NCBI GenBank assembly: GCA_965221955.1
Contig: CBDCTA010000018.1
Coordinates: 128,001-192,000 of the forward strand
Reading direction: 5' to 3'
DNA length: 64,000 nucleotides
Origin: Gammaproteobacteria bacterium
GTDB taxonomy: Bacteria > Pseudomonadota > Gammaproteobacteria > UBA4575
Shown here: positions 40,213 to 50,521 of the stretch, piece by piece
Position numbering within the stretch: position 1 is the first letter of the stretch
How the letters are laid out: the number at the start of each line of letters is the position of its first letter
The notes under the pieces: model-generated
Databases searched by the model: none
The model's input: only the letters and a program-made list of their open reading frames with translations
Told to the model about the DNA's origin: nothing
Translations under genes and position numbers: made by a program

Positions 40213-41970
40213 ATGAGTACGACGAATGATGCCCTGGCGAAATGGGTAGAAGAGGTAGCGGCACTTACACAACCAGATAATATCGTGTGGTGTGATGGCA
40301 GTGATGCGGAATATGACCGCATGATTGATCAAATGCTAGAAACCGGAACCTTACTTAAACTTAACGAAGAAACACACCCTAACTGCTACTTACATCGTTC
40401 TGATCCTTCAGATGTAGCACGTGTTGAGCACTTAACTTTTGTTTGTTCAAAAGAAGAAGAAGATGCTGGTCCAAATAACCATTGGATGGATCCACAAGAA
40501 GCACATAAAAAACTTGATGATTTATTTGAAGGCTGTATGAAAGGCCGTACCATGTATGTGATTCCTTATTGCATGGGTCCAATTGATTCTCCTCTTTCTC
40601 GCAACGGTGTAGAAATTACAGACAGCCCTTATGTTGTAGCCAATATGAAAATCATGGCACGCATTGGAACACCTGCATTAAAGCGCATTGAGAAAGATGG
40701 CACATTTGTAAGAGGCATGCACTCAACAGGTGATTTAGATCCTGAAAAACGTTTTATTATGCACTTCCCTGAAGAGCTTCTTATTAGAAGTATTGGTTCA
40801 GGCTACGGTGGCAATGCACTGCTTGGCAAGAAGTGTCACGCATTACGTATTGCGAGCTGGCAAGCACGTACTGAGGGTTGGCTAGCAGAACACATGCTAA
40901 TCATGGGATTGGAAAGTCCAGAAGGCGAAACGCACTACGTTGCCTGCGCATTCCCTTCAGCATGCGGTAAAACAAATCTCGCAATGTTAATTCCACCCGA
41001 GCAATACAAAGGTTGGAAAGTAACAACCGTAGGTGATGACATTTGCTGGTTACATCTTCGCGATGATGGCCGTTTATGGGCCATCAACCCAGAATCGGGT
41101 TACTTCGGAGTGATTCCAGGCACAAACGAACATTCAAATAAAAATGCATATGAATGCTTAAAGCATGATGCAATTTTTACTAATGCTGGTACTACTGCAG
41201 ATAACCAACCTTGGTGGGAAGAAAAAGACGATGGTATGGAACCAACAACAGATTGGAAAGGCAATGCTTATGATCCTGATGTTGGCCCGGCTGCACATCC
41301 AAATTCTCGTTTCACAGTATCGGCTAAAAACAATCCAGTTTATTCACCGATGGCAGATGACCCGAATGGTGTACCTATTAGTGCAATTATTTTTGGTGGT
41401 CGACGTAAAGAATTGGCTCCTCTCGTATATGAAGCCAAAGACTGGGAGCACGGTGTATTAGTCGGTGCTTCATGCGCGTCTGAAATGACTGCAGCTGCAA
41501 TTGGTGGAGCCGGCCAAGTTCGTCGCGACCCAATGGCGATGAAACCATTCTGTGGTTATAACTTTGCTGACTACTTCGCACATTGGCTAACCTTTGGTCC
41601 TAAATCTGATAAGTTGCCAAAAATTTTCCACTGTAATTGGTTCCGCCGCGACAGCGATGGTAAATTTATGTGGCCAGGCTTTGGTGAGAACATGAGAGTT
41701 TTATCTTGGGTGCTTGACCGAGTAGAAGGCAAAGCAGATGCAAGAGAGACCCCCATAGGATTCTTGCCTAATGTGGATGATATTGACATTGAAGGTTTAG
41801 ATGTTTCTAAAGAAACCATGGAAGCTTTGCTCAGTGTAAACGCAGATCAATGGCAGGAGGAAGTGGCCGCGATAGGTGAGTACTTAGATGAATTTGGTGC
41901 TCGCACACCACAAGCCCTAAAAGACGAGTTAGCTAAAATTTCTACAGCATTGCAAGCCAAGGCTGCTTAG
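40213..41970 (+). CDS. pckG: Phosphoenolpyruvate carboxykinase (GTP)
   Basis: GSGYGGNALLGKKC, AFPSACGKTN, VGDDI, AHPNSRF and RRDPMAM. Confidence 0.96.
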   Translation: MSTTNDALAKWVEEVAALTQPDNIVWCDGSDAEYDRMIDQMLETGTLLKLNEETHPNCYLHRSDPSDVARVEHLTFVCSKEEEDAGPNNHWMDPQEAHKKLDDLFEGCMKGRTMYVIPYCMGPIDSPLSRNGVEITDSPYVVANMKIMARIGTPALKRIEKDGTFVRGMHSTGDLDPEKRFIMHFPEELLIRSIGSGYGGNALLGKKCHALRIASWQARTEGWLAEHMLIMGLESPEGETHYVACAFPSACGKTNLAMLIPPEQYKGWKVTTVGDDICWLHLRDDGRLWAINPESGYFGVIPGTNEHSNKNAYECLKHDAIFTNAGTTADNQPWWEEKDDGMEPTTDWKGNAYDPDVGPAAHPNSRFTVSAKNNPVYSPMADDPNGVPISAIIFGGRRKELAPLVYEAKDWEHGVLVGASCASEMTAAAIGGAGQVRRDPMAMKPFCGYNFADYFAHWLTFGPKSDKLPKIFHCNWFRRDSDGKFMWPGFGENMRVLSWVLDRVEGKADARETPIGFLPNVDDIDIEGLDVSKETMEALLSVNADQWQEEVAAIGEYLDEFGARTPQALKDELAKISTALQAKAA

Positions 41971-41990
41971 TTTTTAACTAACTAAAAAAT

Positions 41991-42026
41991 AAAAAGCCCG
42001 CGAGCTTCTACTCGCGGGCTTTTTTT
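41991..42026 (+). terminator. Bidirectional Rho-independent terminator
   Basis: AAAAAGCCCGCGAG-CTTCTA-CTCGCGGGCTTTTTTT between convergent genes. Confidence 0.9.
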
Positions 42027-42078
42027 ATGCTTCTCTGTAAAAAAGATTCACTTACTTATCAGCAAGAACTCTCATTCA

Positions 42079-42885
42079 CTAGTTAAAAATATTATCGAAA
42101 AAAGCTTGCATTCGATCCCACGAGTCTTGATCTGCATGCTGGTCATATTGCAAAGCAGGCAAACCAAACTTCTCACTAAATTCATCTGCCCGGGGATTAG
42201 TAAAACTATGCTTAACATCTGGGTATGCAACAAACTCATATTGCACACCTGCATTTTGCATTTCTTGCTTAAAAGTTTCGACCTGTTCATGCGGAATAAA
42301 CGGATCTTCCTCTCCATGCAGCACTAATACTCTTGCTTTTACATGGTCTTTTTGCGCCGGACTTTCAGTATTTAAGCTACCATGAAAACTAACAACACCG
42401 TCAATATCCGTACCAATACGTGCTAAATGCAACACCATTCCGCCTCCAAAACAATAGCCAATAGCAGCTGTTTTTGTCGCATCGGTAACGGCTTGTTGAT
42501 TCAATACTTCTAAGGCAGCACTCATGCGCTTTTCTGCTAAAGGTATATTGCTTGTAACTTCTCGCATAAATTTTCCTGCATCATCAGGATGTTGTGCGAG
42601 CTTGCCATCACCATACATATCTACAGCAAACGCAACATACCCAAGCTCGGCCAACATCTCTGCACGATTTCTCGCATATTGATTATGCCCCCACCACTCA
42701 TGCACAACTAATACTCCTGGACGCTTACCCTTCATTGCAGCGTCATAAGCCATATAACCTGTCAACTTTACATCTTCAACATGGTATTCAATTTCTTGTG
42801 TAACGATATCAGCTTTAACAGCATCTTCTGCATGCACATATATAGAATAAACCATAAGCGTTACAAATAAGATAACAAGCTTCAT
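42079..42885 (-). CDS. Dienelactone hydrolase family protein (exported)
   Basis: VVHEWWG, GYCFGG, VSFHG, LHGEEDP and KHSFTNP; signal peptide. Confidence 0.88.
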   Translation of the reverse strand: MKLVILFVTLMVYSIYVHAEDAVKADIVTQEIEYHVEDVKLTGYMAYDAAMKGKRPGVLVVHEWWGHNQYARNRAEMLAELGYVAFAVDMYGDGKLAQHPDDAGKFMREVTSNIPLAEKRMSAALEVLNQQAVTDATKTAAIGYCFGGGMVLHLARIGTDIDGVVSFHGSLNTESPAQKDHVKARVLVLHGEEDPFIPHEQVETFKQEMQNAGVQYEFVAYPDVKHSFTNPRADEFSEKFGLPALQYDQHADQDSWDRMQAFFDNIFN

Positions 42886-42962
42886 TTTCAAACCTTTGTA
42901 GTCATTTATCATATTGATGAAATACGATGTTCAGTCATTTAAAAATATTCGATAAATATAGT

Positions 42963-43319
42963 TTACTTTGTACAGCTATATTCCTTATATAAAATATCTT
43001 CTACTAAAACAGAACCTGAATTTTTTAATCCTTTGCGTCTCTCTTTCAAAGATTGAGTCACTACAGATAAGACTTCGTTTTTAGTAATTTCATCAGGCAC
43101 ACAGATATGTTGCTTTTCAGACAGGTGGTCAAATATCCCACCCACATATCCAGAAAACTCCGAAACCAAATGCAGATCCGCTTGTTTAGGATTAGATTGT
43201 GATTTTTCCCATTCAAGTGCAGCTTCCACCAAACCTTCACCATTAAAAAAATGATATACCGTTGCATTGGCAGGAACTAACACAAATGCAAGCAATAGCA
43301 CAAAAACTAATTTATTCAT
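42963..43319 (-). CDS. Rap1a/Tai-like (T6SS immunity family) exported protein
   Basis: RBS GGAGA, MNKLVFVLL signal, NGEGL...GYVGGIFD...ICVP...LV...L.KEYSC pattern. The ORF track over-extends the 5' end. Confidence 0.65.
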   Translation of the reverse strand: MNKLVFVLLLAFVLVPANATVYHFFNGEGLVEAALEWEKSQSNPKQADLHLVSEFSGYVGGIFDHLSEKQHICVPDEITKNEVLSVVTQSLKERRKGLKNSGSVLVEDILYKEYSCTK

Positions 43320-43467
43320 TGATTTCTCCAGTAACAACGCCAAACTTGATAGAAAGCAGACGCAATAAGTCTGATTCATTGAATGGAGTAAAACTATAGA
43401 AGAAAGTTCCAAACATGGCAAAATATACAGCTCAACAAATTCAACTTTATACTTACACGCTGAAATA

Positions 43468-44646
43468 ATGCATTTAAAATTACTTATAGCATTTACACTT
43501 TTCTCACTAGTGGGTTGCGCAACATCCATTTCACACACTCCTGCCCCGGAACACTTAATTTCAAAAGCTACTATCATTAATTCCGCATCCATCCGTTTCT
43601 GGGGAGATGAACACGCACATAAATTTCAAAAAATAGAGCTAACTGCATGGTTAGAACAACGCAGTCAAGAATGGGAAAAACATCAATCTAACCCGATACT
43701 TAATTTTCTTGCCCTATCCGGCGGAGGTGAAGATGGTTCGTTTGCTGCAGGTATTATTACAGGATGGACTCGCAATGGTGACCGACCTACATTTGATGTG
43801 GTAACTGGTGTCAGTGCAGGTGCTTTAGCTTCACCTTTCATTTTTCTTGGGTCAGACTATGACGATATATTGTTTGAAGTTTATGAAAATTTAGGTGAGA
43901 AAGATATTTATCGAACTCAGTTTTTGGATGGTCTATTAGGTGGGACAGCAATATTTGATACGCGGCCTTTAAAAGAATTGATTAGCCGTTATGTCACACA
44001 GGAAATATTAAATCAGATTGCTCTAGAACAGCGTAAAGGTCGGCGTTTATGGGTCGGCACCACCAATTTGGATGCAGGCCGACCGGTAATCTGGGATATT
44101 GGCAGAATAGCTGCAAGCAAGGATCCTAATGCACTCAACTTATTCCATGATATTTTACTCGCATCCTCCGCCGTACCTGGAATCTTCCCCCCCATATTAA
44201 TTGATGTAAATATAAATAACCAAAAATTTACTGAAATGCATGTAGATGGAGGTGTAACTCGGCAAGTATTTTTATACCCACCACAGTTCGTTGAAGCCAA
44301 CCTTATCGACACATTAGGTAAAGATATTGAACGAAGACTTTTCATAATTCGCAATGGTCGCAGTCAAGCTATTTATGAACCGGTTGAAACCAATATGTAC
44401 TCTATTGCGCTTAGAGCACTCAACATGACTATAGAAAACAAAGCCATTGGTGATTTATATAGAATATATGATATTGCAGAACGCGATGGCATCGATTACA
44501 ACCTAGCCATCATTCCAAATTCATTTAAGCTAAAACCAAATAGTTCATTTGATCCAGAGTACACAAAAGCACTTTTTGATCTTGGTTATAAACTAGCAAA
44601 AGATGGATATAACTGGCATAAAGCCCCACCTGAAAGCAAACGTTAA
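43468..44646 (+). CDS. Patatin-like phospholipase lipoprotein
   Basis: Lipobox LVGC; LSGGGEDGSF, TGVSAG (GxSxG), ASSAVPGIF and HVDGG. Confidence 0.9.
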   Translation: MHLKLLIAFTLFSLVGCATSISHTPAPEHLISKATIINSASIRFWGDEHAHKFQKIELTAWLEQRSQEWEKHQSNPILNFLALSGGGEDGSFAAGIITGWTRNGDRPTFDVVTGVSAGALASPFIFLGSDYDDILFEVYENLGEKDIYRTQFLDGLLGGTAIFDTRPLKELISRYVTQEILNQIALEQRKGRRLWVGTTNLDAGRPVIWDIGRIAASKDPNALNLFHDILLASSAVPGIFPPILIDVNINNQKFTEMHVDGGVTRQVFLYPPQFVEANLIDTLGKDIERRLFIIRNGRSQAIYEPVETNMYSIALRALNMTIENKAIGDLYRIYDIAERDGIDYNLAIIPNSFKLKPNSSFDPEYTKALFDLGYKLAKDGYNWHKAPPESKR

Positions 44647-44657
44647 TAATAAGTCGT

Positions 44658-45410
44658 ATGGATGTTACTTTTTTAAATGACCAAGGCGAACAGCTTGCTG
44701 GAATCATCGACCAAGTTAATAGACCAATCGCACAAGCCATTTTTACACATTGTTTTACTTGCTCAAAAGACCATACTGCCAGCTATCGCATCTGCAAAGC
44801 CCTTGCAAAACATGATATACAAGTTTTACGCTTTGACTTTACAGGCCTTGGAAAAAGCCAAGGAGATTTTTCTACCACGGATTTCTCAAGCAATATTAAT
44901 GACATTAAAGCTGCAGTTGAATTTTTAGCGAACCATCACCAAAGCCCACAACTACTTATTGGTCATAGTCTTGGGGGTATTGCGGCAACCGCAGCAGCCT
45001 GTGAGCTTACAGAAATTCAGGCTGTAGCAACCATTGCTTCACCCAACCGCCCTGCTCATATCCTTGATCACTTTGAACAGCATATACCAAAAATTTTGAA
45101 ACAAGGATTTGATGATGTAAGCGTATTTGGCCGTTCGCTCAGACTAAGCAAAGACTATATTCAAGATCTTAAAAGTTACGACGAAAGACATTTCATTAGA
45201 AAATTAAACAAACCTATCCTTATTTTTCATTCGCCATTTGATGAGGTTGTTTCAATTGACGAAGCTGCAAAAATTTTTAAAGAAGCCAAACACCCTAAAA
45301 GCTTTATATCACTGGATGAAACTGATCATTTAATATCCAGAAAATCTGATGCCGAATACATTGCCGAAAATATTGCATGTTGGGCTAAACGTTACATCAA
45401 GCCATTTTAA
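44658..45410 (+). CDS. Alpha/beta hydrolase (N-terminal-domain type of hydrolase-OsmC proteins)
   Basis: HCFTCSKD, LRFDFTGLG, GHSLGG and HPKSFISLDETDHL. Confidence 0.85.
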   Translation: MDVTFLNDQGEQLAGIIDQVNRPIAQAIFTHCFTCSKDHTASYRICKALAKHDIQVLRFDFTGLGKSQGDFSTTDFSSNINDIKAAVEFLANHHQSPQLLIGHSLGGIAATAAACELTEIQAVATIASPNRPAHILDHFEQHIPKILKQGFDDVSVFGRSLRLSKDYIQDLKSYDERHFIRKLNKPILIFHSPFDEVVSIDEAAKIFKEAKHPKSFISLDETDHLISRKSDAEYIAENIACWAKRYIKPF

Positions 45411-45504
45411 CCCACGCTGATAAATTGAACTTTATCGCCCAAATGGGGTTTAAAGTTATAATGCTAAAGTTATTACAATATTCTTATCTCTTGAGGATAT
45501 CTTC

Positions 45505-46206
45505 ATGAACGCAATCACACGTAAATGCGCACTCACATTTTTTGTCTTTACATGTTTTTTATTTGTTTCCACATCGCAACTATATGCCACTACTGCAACC
45601 GCTGAAGCACTCGTAGATGCGGCTACAGAATCAGTAAATACTTTTACTGTTGACCCAGATATGAAATGGTTTCGTGACAATATGAATAAAGCCAAGGGTG
45701 TATTAATCGTACCCTCCCTTGTTAAAGGTGGCTTTATCTTTGGTGGCTCGGGAGGCAGCGGTGTATTGTTAGTCAAAGGAGATGGCAATATTTGGAGCGA
45801 TCCTGCTTTCTATACTATGGGTTCAGGCACTGTAGGCTTTCAACTTGGAGTCGAAGTATCGGAAATCATTCTTATGGTGATGACTGAAATAGGCATTGAT
45901 GCTTTACTCACCTCATCATTTAAATTAGGTGGCGATGTAAGCATTGCAGCAGGTCCTATTGGTGCAGGCGCCAAGGCACAAACAGCAGATATACTCGCAT
46001 TTTCCAGAACCAAGGGTATTTATGGTGGAATTAACATAGAAGGTGCAGTATTAAAAATTCGCAATGATTGGAATCATGATTATTATGGCAAAGAAACTTC
46101 TCCACGCACCATTCTAATCGAACGTAGCGAATCCAATCCTCATGCCGATAGTTTACGCAACGCAGTTGCTAATCTTGCTATTCGAAGCAGTACTTCAACA
46201 AAATAA
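45505..46206 (+). CDS. YSC84/SYLF lipid-binding domain protein
   Basis: KGGFIFGGSGGSG, GFQLG, FKLGGDVSIAAGP and KGIYGGINIEG; signal peptide. Confidence 0.85.
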   Translation: MNAITRKCALTFFVFTCFLFVSTSQLYATTATAEALVDAATESVNTFTVDPDMKWFRDNMNKAKGVLIVPSLVKGGFIFGGSGGSGVLLVKGDGNIWSDPAFYTMGSGTVGFQLGVEVSEIILMVMTEIGIDALLTSSFKLGGDVSIAAGPIGAGAKAQTADILAFSRTKGIYGGINIEGAVLKIRNDWNHDYYGKETSPRTILIERSESNPHADSLRNAVANLAIRSSTSTK

Positions 46207-46310
46207 TCACGATTCAAATTAAGAACCCCAAAACTTATATGGAATAAGGCACACAGTTACATGCAATAATATTAACTTTCGCAGGTAAAGAGGTTACATG
46301 CAAAAGCTCT

Positions 46311-49037
46311 ATGACTACGCTGCCTGAATATAAAGACAACCCTTCACGACTAGCAGCCCTTTCTCGCTATCGTGACTTAGACTATTCGTCTGATTCTGAA
46401 TTTCAAACAATTACTGAATTAGCTACTGAATTTTGTGATGCATCAATGAGTGTTATCACTTTAGTAGATGAAAACGAAGTCAAATTTATATTTTCTCATG
46501 GAATCGAAAGTGTTTCTTGTGTACCAAGAGACAACGCCTTTTGTGAAAAAACAGTATTTCAAGGTAGCCCATTAAATATTCCTGACACGCTTTTAGATCC
46601 TGAATTCAAAAACAACCCACTCGTTAAAAATGAACCGCATATTCGGTTTTATGCTGGGCAACCCTTGATTACATATGATGGGCATGCGATTGGTACATTA
46701 TGCGTCTTGGACACTCAGCCTAAATTTCTTTCGAAGTTTCAAAGTAATTCGTTATCTCAACTGAGCAAAATTGCAACTAAATTATTTGAATCAAAACTTC
46801 TTGAATCCATTTCAAGAACAAATGAGTCATTTGTGCAAGCCATTGATGAAATTGTTTATGACCATGACATACAAAATAAGAAAATAAAATGGTCGGGTGC
46901 TTATACAAGGATATTAGGATTCAACGAAGAAGAAATGGGTTCAGATGAGAATAGCTGGATAAACAAAGTTCACCCTGATGATTTATCTGCAGTTTTACTT
47001 GAATATGAAAAAGTAAAGAAGGACCATCGACTGTATGATTTTGAATATCGATTTGCTCAGCAAGATGGTAACTATATTTGGGTACATGACCGTGGTGTGC
47101 TGCATTTTGATAATAATAACAAACCCATGCAAACCATAGGCGTTATCAGAGATGTTCACAAAAGAAAACTTACCGAACTAGCTTTACAAGAACGTGAAAC
47201 TCGTTATTCCACACTAGTGAATAATGCAATTGTGTGTATACACGAAATCGACCTTGATGGCTGCTTCATTAGCATGAACCCAAGTGGACTTAACATGCTT
47301 GAAGCAAAAAACGAAGAAGAAATTAAAGGACTATCTTATTTAGAAGGTGTAGATCCAAAAGATAACAAACGCATCAAACAATTACTTGATAAAGCCTTAC
47401 TTGGCGAGAAATCTACGTTTGAATTTACAGGCACTTCTGGAAAAATATATGCTTCATGTTTTATTCCAATAAAAAACACTCATGGCCAAGTTGAAAAACT
47501 TATGGGTGTCTCTGAAGACATAACCGATCGAAAACTAGCCGAATTAACTGTAAAAGAAGAAAAAGAGCGCCTTGAGCTCGTTATGCGTGCCACAAACGAC
47601 TGCGTTTGGGATTTAGACAAAACTACTAACACAGTATGGTGGAATGAAACGTACACTAAAAACTTTGGCCGGCCTTCTGAAGAAAACACATGGGATTGGT
47701 GGTTAGAGAGAATCCATCCTGGCGATCGTGAGCGCGTCAAAACTTCTCTTGAAACTATTCCAAATACCGATGCTGAGCGTTGGGATGAGGATTATCGGTT
47801 TAAAAAACCAAATGGTGAATACTGTTATGTCTTAGATCGTGCCTATATTGCTCGCGACCAATCAGGCAACGCAACTAGAGTTCTTGGTGCGATGTCTGAC
47901 ATCACAAAACAGAAACGAGCTGAACAGGATTTACGTGAAGTGAACATGGCTCTTTCCCACTCCATGCCAGGCATTGCACGGTTAGATCTCGATGGTCATT
48001 ACACATATGTAAATGAAATTTATGCTGCATTACTCGGCTATACAACTGATGAACTAATTGGCCAGTCATGGGAAATAACCGTTGACCCGAGTGATATTGA
48101 TTTAGGAAAACGTGGTTATCAAAAAATGCTGGTCGAAGATAATGTTGAATTTGATATCAAAGGAATTAAAAAAGATGGTTCGCCACTCTTCAAACATGTA
48201 TTAATTTCCAAACGGCTAGATGACAATGGAGTATTCATTGGTCATCGATGTTTTATGAAAGATATAACCACGAAGGTTGAGGTCGAACAGAAACATAAAC
48301 AATTACAGAACGAACTAAATCATGTGGCGCGACTTAGCAATATGGATGAAATGGCAACGGGACTTGCACATGAAATTAATCAGCCCCTAACAGCAATATC
48401 AAACTATTGTGATGCAGCACATTCATTTGTATCGTCTGAACCATCACCTAATAGCAAACTAATTGAGCTTTTGCAGGGTGCTAGTGAGCAAGCTCATAGA
48501 GCGGGCGAAATCGTGCGACATTGCAGACAATTTGCCAGCAAACAACCTATGGAGAAAAATATAGTTGATCTCAATGAGTTGACCAATGAGACGGTGCGCT
48601 TTTTAGATTCTGATGCACGCGATAAAAAAGTAGAAATTCAAATTACTTTAGATAAAAAAATACCACCAGTAAAAATTGATAAAGTCCAAATCCAACAAGT
48701 ACTAGTCAACCTTCTTCGCAATGGCATAGAAGCCATGCAGAACAACAACGGGAAAGTGCGTAAACTTAGTATTTATACTCATTTGAATGGTAAAAGCAGC
48801 TCACAACCAGAAGCTCAAGTAACCGTCAAAGATACAGGTCAAGGCTTAGAGCTATCTCAAATCGAAAACTTGTTTCAACCTTTTTATACAACAAAAAAAA
48901 ATGGCATGGGTATGGGCCTTTCCATTAGCCGCACTATAATTTCTGCACATGGAGGCAAGCTTTGGTTTGACAATCAAGAATATCGCAATACGAAATTTCA
49001 TTTCACTTTACCCATTGAAAAGAACGAAGCTTTATGA
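46311..49037 (+). CDS. GAF-multi-PAS sensor histidine kinase (FixL/NtrB-like core)
   Basis: GAF (RFYAGQPL...GTLCVLD), several PAS/PAC repeats (HPDD, HPGD), LAHEINQPL, QVLVNLLRNG, DTGQG and GMGMGL. Confidence 0.92.
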   Translation: MTTLPEYKDNPSRLAALSRYRDLDYSSDSEFQTITELATEFCDASMSVITLVDENEVKFIFSHGIESVSCVPRDNAFCEKTVFQGSPLNIPDTLLDPEFKNNPLVKNEPHIRFYAGQPLITYDGHAIGTLCVLDTQPKFLSKFQSNSLSQLSKIATKLFESKLLESISRTNESFVQAIDEIVYDHDIQNKKIKWSGAYTRILGFNEEEMGSDENSWINKVHPDDLSAVLLEYEKVKKDHRLYDFEYRFAQQDGNYIWVHDRGVLHFDNNNKPMQTIGVIRDVHKRKLTELALQERETRYSTLVNNAIVCIHEIDLDGCFISMNPSGLNMLEAKNEEEIKGLSYLEGVDPKDNKRIKQLLDKALLGEKSTFEFTGTSGKIYASCFIPIKNTHGQVEKLMGVSEDITDRKLAELTVKEEKERLELVMRATNDCVWDLDKTTNTVWWNETYTKNFGRPSEENTWDWWLERIHPGDRERVKTSLETIPNTDAERWDEDYRFKKPNGEYCYVLDRAYIARDQSGNATRVLGAMSDITKQKRAEQDLREVNMALSHSMPGIARLDLDGHYTYVNEIYAALLGYTTDELIGQSWEITVDPSDIDLGKRGYQKMLVEDNVEFDIKGIKKDGSPLFKHVLISKRLDDNGVFIGHRCFMKDITTKVEVEQKHKQLQNELNHVARLSNMDEMATGLAHEINQPLTAISNYCDAAHSFVSSEPSPNSKLIELLQGASEQAHRAGEIVRHCRQFASKQPMEKNIVDLNELTNETVRFLDSDARDKKVEIQITLDKKIPPVKIDKVQIQQVLVNLLRNGIEAMQNNNGKVRKLSIYTHLNGKSSSQPEAQVTVKDTGQGLELSQIENLFQPFYTTKKNGMGMGLSISRTIISAHGGKLWFDNQEYRNTKFHFTLPIEKNEAL

Positions 49038-49654
49038 CTACCCAAGGAATTGTTCATGTAGTAGACGATGATCCAGCGATTAGAAATGCACTAACGGCTT
49101 CATTAGAAATTCGCGGATTAACAGTCAAGGAATTATGAATCAGCCGAAACCTTTCTTAATTCGTATGAAGATAATCAAATTGGCTGCTTAGTACTGGATA
49201 TTAGAATGCCAGGAATTAATGGATTAGAACTACAACAAATTTTAGTTAAAAAAAATTACGGCAATTCCAATCATCTTTGTTACAGGACATGGAGATGTAC
49301 CAATGTCTGTAAAGGCACTCAAAAACGGTGCAATCGATTTTCTAGAAAAGCCATATCGACAAGAAATCTTACAAAAACGGATTGAACAAGCATTAGAACA
49401 GTGCAAATCTAATCAAGAAAGAAATTGAAGAGAAAAATAACTGCCTTGAATGCTTTGAGCGTTTGACGCCACGAGAAAAACAAGTCATGGCGATATTGGT
49501 TAATGATTATGCAAATGCTTCAAATAAGAAAATTGCCGAGAAGTTAGAAATCAGTCCGCGAACGGTTGAAAACCACCGGGAAAAAATAATGCAAAAGATG
49601 CAAGTGAACTCACTCCTCGATCTGGTTAAAAAAGCAGAAGCTTGTGCTTGCTAA
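49034..49654 (+). pseudogene. FixJ/LuxR-family response regulator with three +1 frameshifts (pseudogene or sequencing error)
   Basis: MTTQGIVHVVDDD..., CLVLDIRMPG, IIFVTGHGDVPM, DFLEKP and LTPREKQV...SPRTVENHR lie in shifting frames; apparent extra bases near 49129, 49260 and 49419. Confidence 0.85.
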
Positions 49655-49747
49655 TTGTCTGTAAAACGTTGGAAAGACCAACATTCTTGAATTACAGCTC
49701 AACAATTACCTCTATCTTGTATCAAATCTAAAGATTTCCGTGTGTTG

Positions 49748-49763
49748 TCCGTATTTATACGGA
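49748..49763. promoter_or_regulatory. Palindromic operator candidate
   Basis: TCCGTA-TTTA-TACGGA inverted repeat just downstream of the FixJ-like gene. Confidence 0.4.
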
Positions 49764-49905
49764 TTTACCTATTGGATTATCGCCCTCATACTTACAGTTA
49801 TAGGAAGAAATAATAGGGGCTATTGCTAAAAACTAAGCTTCGAGACACTACTAAAAAATAGACTGGGTTTAGGGACAAATAGGAGTTATAGCTAGCTGGT
49901 CTTCC

Positions 49906-50331
49906 TTAACGCGTTGTTTTTAAAAGTCGTGCTAGCGCTTTAGATGCATTTGCATCACCGTCTTTATGCCAATACCTTGCAGAGTTATAGCCAATTTCTG
50001 TACCCCACTGCATATTTGGATCTTTAGCCTGTTCGACAATAATCTTCGCTTCCATTACCGATTGCTTACTCGATAAGCCTTGACGCTGTAAATAAGCGTC
50101 TAGTACCAAAATTTGTTCTGCTTCAGGGACTTCGTGCAATTCTGATAAATAAATTAGTGCACCATACGTGTACATGGTCAGTACTGCTTGTTGAGGAGGC
50201 GTATATTCGCGAATAGGAATTGGGGATTGAGATTTACTCTCAATCATGAATTTCTGTACTAAACCTAAAATTGCATCATAAGCATCAAAATTTGGTTTTC
50301 TCCTACCAATAATAGTTTCAAGCACAGACAC
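49906..50331 (-). CDS. Hypothetical protein
   Basis: 141 aa ORF with GTG start and AGGA upstream; no recognised motif. Confidence 0.6.
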   Translation of the reverse strand: MSVLETIIGRRKPNFDAYDAILGLVQKFMIESKSQSPIPIREYTPPQQAVLTMYTYGALIYLSELHEVPEAEQILVLDAYLQRQGLSSKQSVMEAKIIVEQAKDPNMQWGTEIGYNSARYWHKDGDANASKALARLLKTTR

Positions 50332-50521
50332 TAATATGTTCCTAGAGGCAATTTATTTAAAATGATTGAATGATCATTATCCTTATGAATTTCAATTGTT
50401 TATATTGAGCCATCCAGGGTCAAGCCATGCGTACCAACGTGTATAAAAAAGCCGATAAAAACCGCTAAGTAGTTGTATTGTTAAAACAATTTGACCCAAA
50501 AATACGCTGATAAGCTCATCT

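Noticed and set aside
43320-43592. 5' extension of the 209-aa ORF 42963-43592
   Set aside because: It overlaps the patatin gene antisense; a good RBS and signal peptide place the real start at 43319.
49790-49890. GGA-rich stretch as a CsrB/Rsm-type sRNA
   Set aside because: Too few ANGGA motifs, no clear stem-loop presentation and no terminator.
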